Source: Bispira polyomma (taxonomy: Eukaryota). Taken from it: 64,000 nt of DNA. Both the position numbers and the translations under genes were made by a program. The notes under the pieces were generated by a model. The model was given only the letters and a program-made list of their open reading frames with translations, was not told the DNA's origin and did no database searches. The stretch spans positions 70,308,001 to 70,372,000 of the forward strand of contig OZ287752.1 in NCBI GenBank assembly GCA_965649765.1, written 5' to 3'. Shown in pieces: positions 40,830 through 53,507 of the stretch; within the stretch, counting starts at the first letter, position 1; every line of letters begins with the position of its first letter.

Positions 40830-40975
40830 TATTGTATTCCCACTGTTACAGTTTGACACATGGTGACAGTTCCCGGAAAGTAGTGTAAAAACTATAAAAG
40901 TATGACGGAGATATAACCTATAAATCAGGTAACCAACAAAGCTTGTTTCATAAATAAGGTGTCCGACAAAGCCTC
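40830..40975. repeat. Partial unit of the ~380-bp repeat just upstream of the tyrosinase
   Basis: ACAGTTTGACA..TGACAGTTC..AAAAACT..GGAGATATAAC matches ~31360-31440. Confidence 0.7.
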
Positions 40976-41122
40976 AAACAAAGATCAGTCTGTATTGATA
41001 TATAGCAAGCTCTTATCCAGTGATAAATACCGCTGACATTAATCTTAATGGTTTTTTACTTAGTTTTCAGTAATATATGTAAGACATAATGCGGTGATAG
41101 CCAAACAGTCATTCAAATCAAG

Positions 41123-44100
41123 ATGCTGCATGTAGCTATATTTCTGTTGGTGGTAGGATCCACTTTGTGGTCAGGTACGTATCTTTATCAACAATAATCA
41201 TTACGTGTACGTGTCTACATGGAATAACCAGCCTCAATAAAAGAATTTATGGTGTCTGTAAAATTTTTGGTAGCTTTTTAAAGTTGGTTGAATTCTCATT
41301 AACTTGTGCATGACAACAAATATTCAAATAGTTTCCCCAATCAGTCTGAAATGTGTGAAAGCCTATGACAGGTAGTGGACAGTTTAAAATACTATTTTTC
41401 AACTGTTTCAAAGTAAATAACAGTATGATATATTTAAAAACCAAATCTTAACTTACATTTATTAAAGGTGTTTTTATATATTTCTCTAAGAAATTCATAA
41501 ATATAATAATTTTGACACCCCAGGAATCTCTGACATGGTTGATAACAAAAAAAGGTCAGAATTCAAATTTTCTTCCAGTTGACAGTACAGTTCTGTAGCA
41601 GCAGTCATTTTTGTTTCTCTGTCAAAAATTATACCTTATGTAAAGCTGTAAAGCAGGACATTATTATTACTTAAAGTTCATCTGAATCTGCAAGAAGTCC
41701 AGGGTAGATGTCATGGTTAAGTTTTTGTTAGTTACTGTGTGTAAACTAAATTAATTCTCATTGGTAGCAAGAAACACAGTGAGTACTTAAGATAATTTTT
41801 CCCCATTACAGTACTGGATAAAGTGATACAATCCTCTAATCATAAGAACATTGGAGTTACTTTTGACTCTACTCTCTCATTTGACATGCGCATCAACAAC
41901 ATTTGTTACTAGCACATTGGTGATATAAAAAAAATCAGTAATTACTTTTCACTGGATACTGCTATTAACAGGACCATTTCCGTTGTAAGTAGCCACCTTG
42001 ATAACTATAATTCCATTCTACGTGGGGTAAAAAAAGTCTTACCTTAAAAAGTTACAGTTGATTCAATACTATCTGTGCAGAGTCATATTTCAGCTATGCC
42101 TCTGTACTTATGTCTCTCCATACCTCAAGAAATTACTTTGGCTTCTATTCATTATCAAATTCGGTTTCAAATCCATGTCACAACCTTCAGAGCTGTTGTC
42201 TCTGAGCTGTCTCCTTCCTTATGACCTTATGTTTTTTGAACTTCTGTAATGGTTAATTGGTTCTGTTGTTGTGTTTCAAAAGATGCCTCGCATTCTAGTG
42301 GTAGCTAAATTATAAATTTTTAAATCTTCCAAGAACAGGAATTTCAAAGATTCTATAGTATCTTTTACTCTGAACAAAATTAAGTATCATAATGACTGGT
42401 TTAGCCCTAAGTGGTGAACTTTCAATTTTTCAAATTAAATTATGTTGCTGATTTTTCAAACAAAATAGTATAACAAAAAAAACAAAAAACAAACAAATAT
42501 TGTAATGTCTGGTTTAGCCTTAAGTTGTCAACGTTTAATTTCAAAATTCAAAAAAAGATATGTTTAAAGTATTAAAATATATTGGCATGAATTGTAAAAG
42601 ACTAAAACAAAATGTTGTCTTTTTGAGTCAATAACTAGTGTGATATTTACAAATACATGTGTCTCTATCAGTCATTGTATGTTTTTGTAAATATTTAACA
42701 ATGTGTTACCTCGATTTGTACTTGCATGTTGAATGTTGAAAAAAAGAAGAATGTAAACAAGTTTTCTGAAAGCTAACCAGATCCGTTTGGGCACCAAATG
42801 TAGTATGCAAATAGTTTACATTTTTTTAACAGTTGAAGGTGCAGGTTGCCCCCCAGACTGCCCCATTAAAGGGAAGCTGAACCACAACAATCAGAAGGAC
42901 TTTAATCTAAGCCTGCAGGTGGGAAATGAAGTACGGAGGAGGTTTCCGACAAATGTCCTGAAGAGGTCAGATAAAAGTGTTAAGTCCGACAAAAGAGTGA
43001 CCATTACAATTCGAGGTAAGGAACACCCATAGTAATTTGAAGAAACATTAATGAACTTTAGGATTTATCCATCCTCTAAAAATTTAAGTACTAGAGAGTT
43101 TGAGATTTATACTTCTATTTGAGGGAACCGTGTATTGTGCAACAAGAGATTTTGCAGACATGTGCCCTAACCTTTGTTAACATTCTGTTTTACTAACCCT
43201 TTGTTTTACTAACCCTCTGTTTTACTAACCCTCTGTTTTAATACTCCTCTGTTTTAATACTCCTCTGTTTTTACTAACCCTCTGTTTTACTTACATTGTT
43301 TTAATAGCAGTCTGTTTTACTAACCCTCTGTTCTACTAACCCTCTGTTTTACTAACTCTCTGTTTTACTAAACCTCTGTTTTACTAACCGTCTGTTTTAA
43401 TACTTTGTTTTAATAACCCTCTGTTTTACTAACATTGTGTTTTACTAGCCTAGCAGTCTGCTTTACTAACCCTCTGTTTTATTAACCCTCTGTTTTACTA
43501 AACCTCTTCTTTACTCACCCTCTGTTTAACTAACCATGTGTTGTACTAACCCTCTGGTTCACAAACCATCTGTCTTACTAACCCTTTGTGTTACTAACTC
43601 TCTGTTTTACTAACACCCTGTGTTACTAAGCCCCACTTTTACGAAACCCTTCTTTTTACAAACTCTCTGTTTTCTAACCCTCTATTTTACTAACCTTCTG
43701 TTTTACTAACCCTGTGTTTTACTAACTCTGTGTGTTACTACCTCTCTGTTTTACTAACCCTCTATTTTACTAACCCTTTGTTTTACTAACCCTCCGTCTT
43801 ACTAACTTTCTGTTTGCTAACCCTCTGCTGTCTTACTAGCCCTATGTTTTACTAAGCCTTTGTTTTACCAACCCTCTGTTTTTTCTCACCCTCTATCTTA
43901 CGAACACTCTGTTTTACTAATCCTCTGCTTTACTAATCTTCTGTTTTACTAAACTTCTGTTCTACTAACCCTCTGCCTTACTAATCTTCAGTTTTACTAA
44001 CCAGGGGCCGTATTCACAAACAAGTGAAAAAAAATTTCACCTACTTTCCAAAGTAAGTAAATTTTTTCAAAGATTTCCTTAGAAGTGGTATTCACCAACA

Positions 44101-47100
44101 AGTGAAAACTCTACTTACTTAGGTTTTACTTAGAATGAAAGTTAGGAAAGATATCTAAGGTACCTCATCTGCTTACTTGAAATCTAAGTAAGTTTTATCT
44201 CCAAAATAAGTAAGTTTTCTTTCTTGAATACCACTTGGATCTAAGTTAATAAAATTATAACCACAATACTTGAAATCCAAGTTAGGAATAGGATTTCACT
44301 TGTTCGTGAATACGGCTCCAGATGTTTTACTATCCTTCTATTTTACAACATAGCTGCCTCTGGTGACGAATTCCTCCCAATCCTTGTGTCTATTGAAGTG
44401 AAGTTAGCAAAACTCATAGTGTTCAAGTTTTACCAGAAGAATGGTAAATCATCCACTGTCAAGGTATGGCAAAAGATACATTACATAAATGGTACATTTA
44501 CAGTTGCAGTGTATAAATGCATTGATAAATCATAAACAGTATTTTGATGAGATTTCCATTTCAGCAACTGATACACAATCATGTATACAATAGTCTTTGG
44601 TGTATCTCTATGTGTTTTCTTTCTGTCCAATGTTTATAGTTAAATCCCATTTTCAAGTTGCCAAAGATCTCATTTGTTTCAGAATTGTCGAGTTTGTAAC
44701 TCGACAGTTTAAGAGCAAAGTTTTTAACTATTTGCTTACTCAAACATTAAAACATAAACTTTAACATTATACCTTAGTTTTACAGAATATTTGAAAAGAC
44801 AGAAAATTAGTATAACTTATATTAGCCTAGTCAGTAACATTCCTGTAAGACTCTCTTTTTCTCCATTACAACTGTGAAATTACAGCTGTAACTGTATGAT
44901 TCTGTACCAGGACTGATATTCACAAAGATTCTTATTCTTAGATTGTTACTTAAACTATTTTGATTGGCTGAAAGTATTCTAAAATGTTTGTATCTTTAAC
45001 TCTTAAACTGAAATAAGTGTTGAGTTTCCACGACGTGTTGCAGAAATGAATACCTTGGTACTGTAAGAATTAAAAGAAAGTGCAAGGTCAAATTAGTAAA
45101 CCACAGCAAGCGACTGAAAACAGATACGTGTATTAATACATCCATGATGTTCCCTTGTGATCTAGTGGTACCAAGATCTGTTTTAATTTTGAAAAACATT
45201 TTGTTATGTACACTTCTTTAAACACCATCCTGCTCAATTGAGATAGATCTAATACAAGTTTAAGAAAAGCTCTAGCACTAAAACTTCACAATTTCCTGAG
45301 AAACATTATAAGTCCAGACAAAGTAGGGCACATAACAGGTAATTTCATTGGTGAAAATATCCGAACTACTGCAGACATTCTCAAATTTTGTAGTCAGTAT
45401 AGTAAAAATGTCCCGATTTCATTGATAGATTTTAAAAAGGCATTCAATACTGTAAACTGGACATTCCTTTTGAAAACCCTAAAAGTGTTTAATTATATAA
45501 AATTATATACTCAGATCTACAAAATTGTGTCATAAATAATTGCTAATTCTTTTAAAATTAAAAAGAAGCATTAGACAATATTGTTGTCTTACTGCTTCTA
45601 CTATTAATAATTATGGCTGAAATTTAGACACGAGTACCAGAACTGAAAGCTCTAACAAAGGTATTCTTTAAACAATAGTAAATTTTAAATAAGTCAACTT
45701 GCTGATGACACCAGTCTCTATTTAAAGGTTTAATTTAGTTAAATAATGCGTTAACAGTATCATGGAAATATCCAAATTTTAAAATGCCTAGTCTTGGTTC
45801 AACTAAAGTAAAAACCAGATGATAAGATTGAATCTTAATCTTGACTACACCAATTTCCTTCTGTTTGGGGTAAGTAAATCTCCCGTAAACAAGTTACAAT
45901 CCATGCAAAACTATTTGTGTAGAAAGCTATATTGAAAGTTATTCCTAAGCCCCCCCCCCCTCCCCCCACACACAAACATTGCTGCTCTGCCTACCTTCAG
46001 TAACCTTAAGAGGGGAAAGTGACTTTCCGTATAGGTTTCTCTATTGCTGCCCCTGTGTTATGGAATAGTCTTCCAGTTGAGTTTTGACCTAGAATGTTAC
46101 ATTACATATAATAAGTTATATCCATTGACCCTAATAGGATTTACATATGCTTAAAACTAAAGAAGTACTAATGAATATTTTACCGGTTACTACACACTAT
46201 ATCCTAATTATTAACCCTCTGTCTTACTAATCCTCACTTTTAAAACAAAGTTTACTTCTAATGAATTTATTCCCTCCCAAAAACCCCCAGTACTTCACAC
46301 TGACCTTAATATCAACAACCAGAACTAGAGAATCATGTAGTACTCAGCATTCAAAATATAAGCGTAAAACTAGCCTTGCCACTAGGCTTATTTGCACCAC
46401 ACATAATAAATAAATACACAAGTAGCATTTTTTCAACACAATATATAATAATCACCATAATAAACAATAAAACACCGTACCACAAAATGTGAGGTCCCAT
46501 GAAATGGAACTAAACTGAAGAGATCTAACAAAGTAAGTGTAATGTATTGAAATATACAGAATTGTACCTGGTGAACCAAGATTTATTTATATTAAAAACT
46601 TCACTTGTTTATTTATAATAAAATTTTCACTTATTGGTGTGTATAATAAATTGTAATTTGGCTATATTGTTTTGATATACATGCTTAATTTGGTTTTACA
46701 ATTGTAATAAGTACTAAATGTCGCTATTTGTAAAATGTTCTTTAATATCAACAGAGGAAAAGGAGTACAACCTGGAAAAAATATTCAACATCATTTGACA
46801 AAAAAGTCACTTCTGTTGTGATTAATCTCGTTCCAATATGGAAAAAGACAATTGTGTATAGAAAATTATTGATGGTAGCCTGTTTTAAGTCACCCACCAC
46901 AACCACCTCAGCCACCACTATTCTAACCACCACAACCACTCCAACACCACAACCACTCCAACACTACAACACCACAACCACTTCTTCAACCATTACCACC
47001 ACAACCACTCCTACCACAACAACTACTCCAACCACTCCTACCACAACAACTACTCCAACCACTCCTACCACAACAACTACTCCAACCACCACTACCACTC

Positions 47101-50100
47101 CAACCACCACAACCACTTCAACCACCACTACCACTCCAACCACCACAACTACTCTAACCACCACTACCACTCCTACCACAACAACTACTCCTACCACCAC
47201 TACCACTCCAACCACTCCTGCCACAACAACTACTCCTACCACCACAACTACTCCTACCACCAGGACCACCACTACCACTCCTACCACCACTACCACTCCA
47301 ACCACCACAACTACTCCTACCACCACAACTACTCCAACCACCACAACTACTCCTACCACCACAACTACTCCAACCACCACAACCACTCCAACCACCACTA
47401 CCACTCCAACCACCACAACCACTCCTACCACCACAACTACTCCAACCACCACTACCATCACAACTACTCCTACCACCACTACCACTCCAACCACCACTAC
47501 TACTCCTACCACAACTACCACTCCTACTACCACTACCACTCCAACCACCACTACCACTCCAACCACCACAACTACTCCAACTACCACTCCGACCACCACT
47601 ACCACTCCTACCACCACAACTACTCAAACCACCACTACTGCACCTACCACCACAACTACTCCAACCACCACAACTACTTCTACCACCACTACCACTCCAA
47701 CCACCACAACTACTCCTACCACCACTACCACTCCAACCACCACTACCACCCCTACCACCACTACTACTCCTACCACTACCATTGCTCCAACAACAGAGGC
47801 CATTGCTACAACGACAGAGCAGTGTGTTGTTCCAGAGGAGCCAGACTTTGATGAAAGGTTTGTGTAGCACTGGCATTTTATGCCTCCACTTGTCAAATTA
47901 ATGTTTTTAGAGTGAAAAATATTAACTTACAACATAGATTTTAACATTGTCATTTTTCATCACTTTTTTGAGAAACACAATGAGAATAGTTTAAGATAAT
48001 AATAAAGTGACTCCCCACCAGATAACAGTAATTAATTTAAATTATAATTATTCATACTGGCATCACTGTCAATATGAAAACTATGAGTTACCTTGGCATC
48101 TCAGTATATCATTAAATCAGATACATGTATTGGACGAGAGAGTGCCATCTTTGTATTTGAATTAAGTTGGACTTTACTAAGGTATTTGCTCAATGGAAAG
48201 GAAGAATATATGTAACTTAAATAACTCTCTCTCTTTATATATGTATTTATATTGACCATAATTTTGCGTCTGAAATAAAGTATCTATCTCCCCATCTATC
48301 TATCTATTATCCAAAGGTAAAATAAGCCAGTGTGGAAGCACTGTAAACCACCGGCCTACGGTAAATAGATTGTTGATGCTAATTAACTCAATGAACTTTA
48401 TTTGGCTTGCTTCAGCTATATTGTTCAAGTTGTCGAGTCACAATTTGATACATGGGAGACAAGTGATATGGGAAACATAACCTATGGACCAGCTAACAAC
48501 ATAGAGCGTATAGAGTACAGACAGCTAACACAGGCAGAGATAAATAGATTTAATAGAGTGAGTCATTAACTTACATAACAAATTTAGAAACTAATTTGAT
48601 GTCAATGTTGAAACATAAAATATACTGCAAATGCATTTGTATATAGAGCTGATAAAATTTTAACAATGTAAGTCATTAAGCCGAGGCTTTATATTTCAAC
48701 GAACAGCCAGGCGAATTATACCAATTGATTTAGCAAGCAAAGCGTTTCTAATATCAATAAATAAGATTGTTTACTGCATTCGTCAGTAGAAATGCTTTTG
48801 CTTCATTAAAGAAAAAAAAAACTTTCATCATCCTTTTACATATAACTTAAATATGCAGAAAATCAGATGCAACTATTAACTGGGTGAATTGTATTTTGTC
48901 AGGCTATGAAGGCCATAAAGGTTGCTGGTATCTACAACAGCTTTGTCATCCAGCATAGGCCAGACACAGCACCAGTAGCACACTTTGGTGTGGCATTCTT
49001 ACCTTGGCACAGACAGTTTTTATATCTGTGAGTAAGAAAAGGGTCAAGCCATTTTCTTGTACTTTACCTCAGGCATTGCATTACTGATTTTAATTTCTGC
49101 CATGCCTATACCAAAATTCAAAGTCTGTACAGTCTGAACATAAGTATAGACCAACTTGCTCCAATGTTAACATTTTCAGGTCTTCATTTACATAAAAATA
49201 ATTATCTTGAGCAATGTTAGGACATTCAAAATACCACATACCCTTGCTGAAGAATCATTGTGCCAAAAAAAAAAAAAATTACAACTGAAAGTTTAATATG
49301 CGTAAATAATTTAACATACGAGTCTTGAACTAGTTGTGTAAGCAATGCTCAAACAAATTAAACAACAAAACAAAGCATAACACAAATCTAGATAGACCAA
49401 CATTGGTTATAGATTTTCAAGCAAATTATGTGTTTATGATTACAGCCTTGAACAAGCTCTACAGAAAGAAGAGCCTGGAGTGTTTCTTCCTTACTGGGAC
49501 TCTGCCCTGGATTACCCACTCAATGAATTCCCAGCCGATTCAGCTGTATGGACAGCTGATTTTTGGGGTAGAAACGATGGAGCAGTAAATAATGGCCCTT
49601 TTGCTAACTGGTTTGCTCCTTGTAGTAACAATGGATTTATAGAAAAAGTCTTGCGTAGAAACACCAACAATAATAAACTCTTCCTGTACAATAAAAGTCT
49701 AATTGACAGATTACTCAAACCAGGGAGTTATGCTCAGTTAATGCTTGTTCCTGCAGGTAGAATTGCTTCACAGTTTGAAATGTTCCATGGCGGACCTCAC
49801 AATTTTGTTGGTGGAGACATGTCACAAATTCCATGTTCACCTGCTGACCCAGTTTTTTGGATGCATCATAGCTTTGTTGACTGTTTGTGGCAAGAATGGA
49901 TTGACAATGGAAATGACAACACCTATCCAGATATGGGAGACCCAGGCGTAACAGCACATGGGCTGGGCCATAATTCAATTGACAACAGACCCAATGGTGA
50001 GATGAAACCTAAGACTTTTATGGGAAACCTTAAGAACAAAGATGGATTCCGGCCTAATTTCTACCCTGGATATCGACAGAGACCATCAAAGATAACATGT

Positions 50101-50307
50101 ACAGTAGATGCAGACTGTCACAGAGCAGGGGATCTGAAGCTGCTGTGGTGTGATCGCTTATCGTGTTGTTGTGTGGCCAAGATTAAAGAAGGTGGCAAAT
50201 GTGATGACTTTATAGGCAAAGACAATGCCTGTTACTGTAACAATGCTGCCAAGACACCAAAGTGTAAGCCTAGGCTTTCTGGGGGTGGCACCTGTGTTTG
50301 TCAGTAA
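41123..50307 (+). CDS. Secreted tyrosinase/catechol oxidase-like protein with a basic N-terminal domain and a Thr/Pro mucin stalk, ~858 aa, 7 coding exons
   Basis: Exons 41123-41174, 42833-43015, 44354-44463, 46755-47857, 48416-48557, 48903-49027 and 49446-50307; all GT-AG, phases 1,1,0,2,0,2, total 2577 nt open. Signal peptide MLHVAIFLLVVGSTLWSVEG; RIEYRQLTQAEINRFNRA; CuA QH..VAHFGVAFLPWHR; LPYWD; CuB FHGGPHNFVGGDM..SPADPVFWMHH; Cys-rich C-terminus. Exons 5-7 are near-certain; attachment of exons 1-4 is inferred from phase. Confidence 0.85.
41810..42320 (+). mobile_element. L2/CR1-like LINE fragment in tyrosinase intron 1
   Basis: NIGVTFDS, VSSHLD and VSPYLKKL motifs as in other copies. Confidence 0.6.
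43170..44001. repeat. 16-bp minisatellite (TGTTTTACTAACCCTC)n, about 50 units
   Basis: Directly visible tandem array in tyrosinase intron 2; continues briefly after the MITE at 44322. Confidence 0.97.
44005..44318. mobile_element. MITE, 314 bp, CAG TSD
   Basis: CAG|GGGCCGTATTCACAAACAAGTGAAA ... TTTCACTTGTTCGTGAATACGGCTC|CAG; same TIR family as 8451-9130 with a different interior. Confidence 0.88.
45215..45800 (+). mobile_element. L1/Tx1-like LINE RT fragment in intron 3
   Basis: FIGENIR, LIDFKKAFNTVNW and ISQLADDT motifs with stops. Confidence 0.75.
46892..47800 (+). repeat. Coding 18-bp repeat, (PTTTTT)n mucin-like tract
   Basis: CCWACCACCACWACYACT units; open frame inside tyrosinase exon 4. 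Confidence 0.95.
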
Positions 50308-50372
50308 AGGTATTTTATTACAGAATCTGGGACAATATAATGGTATTTATTAATTTTAATTAGTGTTGTTTA

Positions 50373-50378
50373 AATAAA
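50373..50378 (+). terminator. Candidate polyadenylation signal
   Basis: AATAAA 66 nt after the stop, followed by a T-rich tract; a second copy at ~50466. Confidence 0.55.
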
Positions 50379-51879
50379 TCTAGAATGTTATCTGTTTCTT
50401 TTTATTGATCAAATTACAGAATATGGGACAGTATAATGGTATTTATTGATTTACAATAATGTTGTAATAAATGTAGAAAGTTATCTGTTCCTTTTCTTTA
50501 TATGTCTGTTCACCCTTAGACACAATACATTATAACATGGTATCCACACAAGTAAGTTAAATATGTTTTGTCAATTACTGTGATATATTTGATCTTTTGA
50601 GGCTCTTTCTCTCTGCAACAGCAGATTCTAAGGCAAAATAATCCACTTAAATTTCCGTATTTGTATAATAATCACTGTTACCGAGATGCTAGGATCACAA
50701 GGCAGCTAGGTAGTGTAAGAAGACTGTGTTTTGCATTGATTTGACAAGGATAAAGTCTCGGGTAAAGGCTGAAATACTGTATTTTGAAACCTTGACCTAT
50801 ACATGATATATCAGGCATTGCAGGCTGCTAGAATACTTTTCACTGACATATTCAGTGAATTTTTTTCCATCCAAAACTGTAGCTAAGTGTTTTCTTCAAA
50901 TGTCATACATTTTCTTTTCATCCAATTCTCATTAATGACTTTATCTAAACATTAGTATTGTTATCTAAACTAGTGGCAATGTGGCTACAAAGAAGAACAT
51001 TACCTTGCTATCTTAATCCTTATTCTAAAATATGATATTTTCAAAAAGTACAGTCGCCTCTGAGCTAATAATTTTAAAGGTCGGCTGATATTAAGAGATC
51101 CCAATAGAACTGAGAAAATGTCTTTTGTGCACCCCTGGAGTTAGATTATGATCTTTATGGCATGATAGAAACAAGAAAAATGCGGCCATGAGTCGCATAC
51201 CAGAGTTTGCTATCTGAATGCGCATACAACACATGGGCAAAACGTCTGACCAAAAACGGGTCAAAACGTTTAGTATTCTGTGGAAATCATACAGTTACAG
51301 TCACTTGGGGTCAAATTAATGACTGGCCATATCCGACACAAGTACTACCCATCATTTTCAAACACAAATTTTGTAATTTTATTAACATTCCGTCAGCCTG
51401 AGTCTGACAAGAATCAAGTCAGGCCGCGATCTTTTGTTGGTAGTCGGACCAGCGGACATATATATTTTTTATACAACTACATGCGTGCGTTATGGCAAGT
51501 TAGAATGAAGTACACAATATATATACTTCAAAATGTAAATACTAAATAAATACTAAAAAACAAAAAACAAAGTAAACCATTTGCTTAAACTATTAATACA
51601 GACCTGCTTTGTACGCTATTTTACAGCTATAAACTACAATTTCTAAAGCGAGAAGCCCTACCCAAGATTCCAGAACTTCAGTAAGGAAAACCAATCCTTT
51701 CGCATGCACAAACGTCTGGTTAAAAATAAACTATAATGCCTGGCCTGTATTCTTTGCAACATATCTTGAAAATGGCATTTTAAATGTAAAGGCTATAATT
51801 GAATAAGATAAAGAGATAAAATATTTATTATCAATTAGAAATAAAACAGGATTATCACCATCTGGATTTTTATAGAGGA

Positions 51880-52062
51880 ATTTAATTGGGATTTACATAG
51901 CTTTCAACAGCTTAGGTCTATCATGACATCCCGATTTTTAGATTGGAGGAAAGTGCTAAAACTATGTAAAGCACCAGCCCACGATAAATACCTCATTAAC
52001 CTTTCCCACATTAAGGAAAACATGGGATTCGAACCCACATCAGTGAGAGCGTCTAACCACAC
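51880..52062 (-). mobile_element. tRNA-derived SINE
   Basis: GGATTCGAACCCACATCAGTGAG (B box reverse complement); TTTCAACAGCTTAGGTC shared with ~23711. Confidence 0.65.
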
Positions 52063-52234
52063 AGTAGTTACCTAACTGTACATTTAGTTGTGTTAGAAAA
52101 TGTTCTAGAATACATTCAGCACTTAGTAACTGCAGTATACGAGTCATCACAACACTGCACTGCATATACTGTCATTTATGTTGTTATAAGCGGGGAAAAA
52201 GTAATAGTGTAGAAGTAATCAAACATATCGTAAC

Positions 52235-52690
52235 TTTAAACTCATTATAATGACTTTTAATCTTAGGAGTTTAAGGCCACCATACAATAGGGTTTATCAT
52301 CAGGTCCATATACATCTGTGTACCAAATATAAATGAAATCGATGAAGCAGCTTTGGAATTAGAGTCCGGAATAACTGAAACATGGTGTAACCTGAAAGTC
52401 GTCAGAAATTTTAAGTGTTGAGGTCTATATACATCTGTGTACCAAATATGAATAAAATCCATCAAGCGGTTTTGGAGTTAGAGTCTGGAATGACTAAAAG
52501 ATGCTGTAATCTTAAAGTCATCATAAAACTTTAACTGTTAGGAGTTTAGGTCACCATACAATAGGGTTCCTCCTAATGTTTATATACATCTGTGTACTAA
52601 ATATAAATGAAATCCATCGAGCGGTTTTGGAGTTAGAGTCGGAAACGAAAGCCTGACGACGACAACAGACGATGAACAAAGCCACCAGAG
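52235..52690 (+). mobile_element. Helentron-associated (HINE/pearl-like) element with internal tandem repeats
   Basis: Three units of ATATACATCTGTGTAC.AAATAT...GAAATC..TTTGGA.TTAGAGTC followed by a GAC-type microsatellite. Confidence 0.6.
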
Positions 52691-53507
52691 CATGAAAAAC
52701 AAAAAAGGTGCAATGTTGTTTTTAATTGATCATAAATATATATGCAAAGTTATTACCTAAAACATAATGTATTAATCTTCCCTCTGTATGTTTGCATAAA
52801 AATCACCTTTCTACATTTAGGATTGAAACTAATACAATTCATTGCTACTAAAATGATAAACAAATAAAAGTTCAATATTAATTTTCTTGAAATTCACACA
52901 AAACTGAGTAATTTATATTAAATGATTTAAGTACCTTAATGGTTTTTAAAATAATCAAAAAATATATGACCTTGACACAGACATTTTGCAGATTCTTTTT
53001 ATATAAAATTTATCTTTGTATATTTTTTTTACCAAAGGAGAGACAATATAATAGAACCTATGTTTTCCCCAAAAAAATGTATTGTCGACTCGTTCACTGC
53101 ATTGTGTGTTGTATAGCATATACAAACTATTGTACAGTTACGGATGGCAGTATTAACAGATTAGGATGAAATACTTCAATGTGTACATGATTTCTACACC
53201 AATCTCTTCGCTGAAAGACAGAAAATCGTGACTTGAAATTTGTACCAAACTTAAATTTCAAAACCCTTGAAGAAATAATATCAGAAAAATTGGAAGGGCC
53301 AATTACAACAAGCGAGTTAAGTAAGGCACTAAAACACATGAAACATTTTAAAACACCCGGCATAGACAGTTTTCCTGCCGATTTTTTTAAAGTTTTTTGG
53401 GGTTCAGATTTAAGTTCATTATTACCAAAGCTGTTAATGTATGAAAAAGGCCTTGTGTTTGAAACTATGCGTACCTGTATTGTCACTTTTCTTCCTAATG
53501 GGCCAGT

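Noticed and set aside
43170-44001. CRISPR-like array or interstitial telomere
   Set aside because: Head-to-tail 16-mers with no unique spacers and no cas genes; only a partial CTAACCCT match, not tandem CCCTAA.
46964-47896. Minus-strand poly-Val/Gly and Gly/Ser/Cys ORFs
   Set aside because: Antisense shadows of the coding PTTTTT repeat.
49480-50307. Hemocyanin functional unit or stand-alone bacterial-type tyrosinase
   Set aside because: Single type-3 copper domain split by spliceosomal introns, with an animal-type Cys-rich tail.
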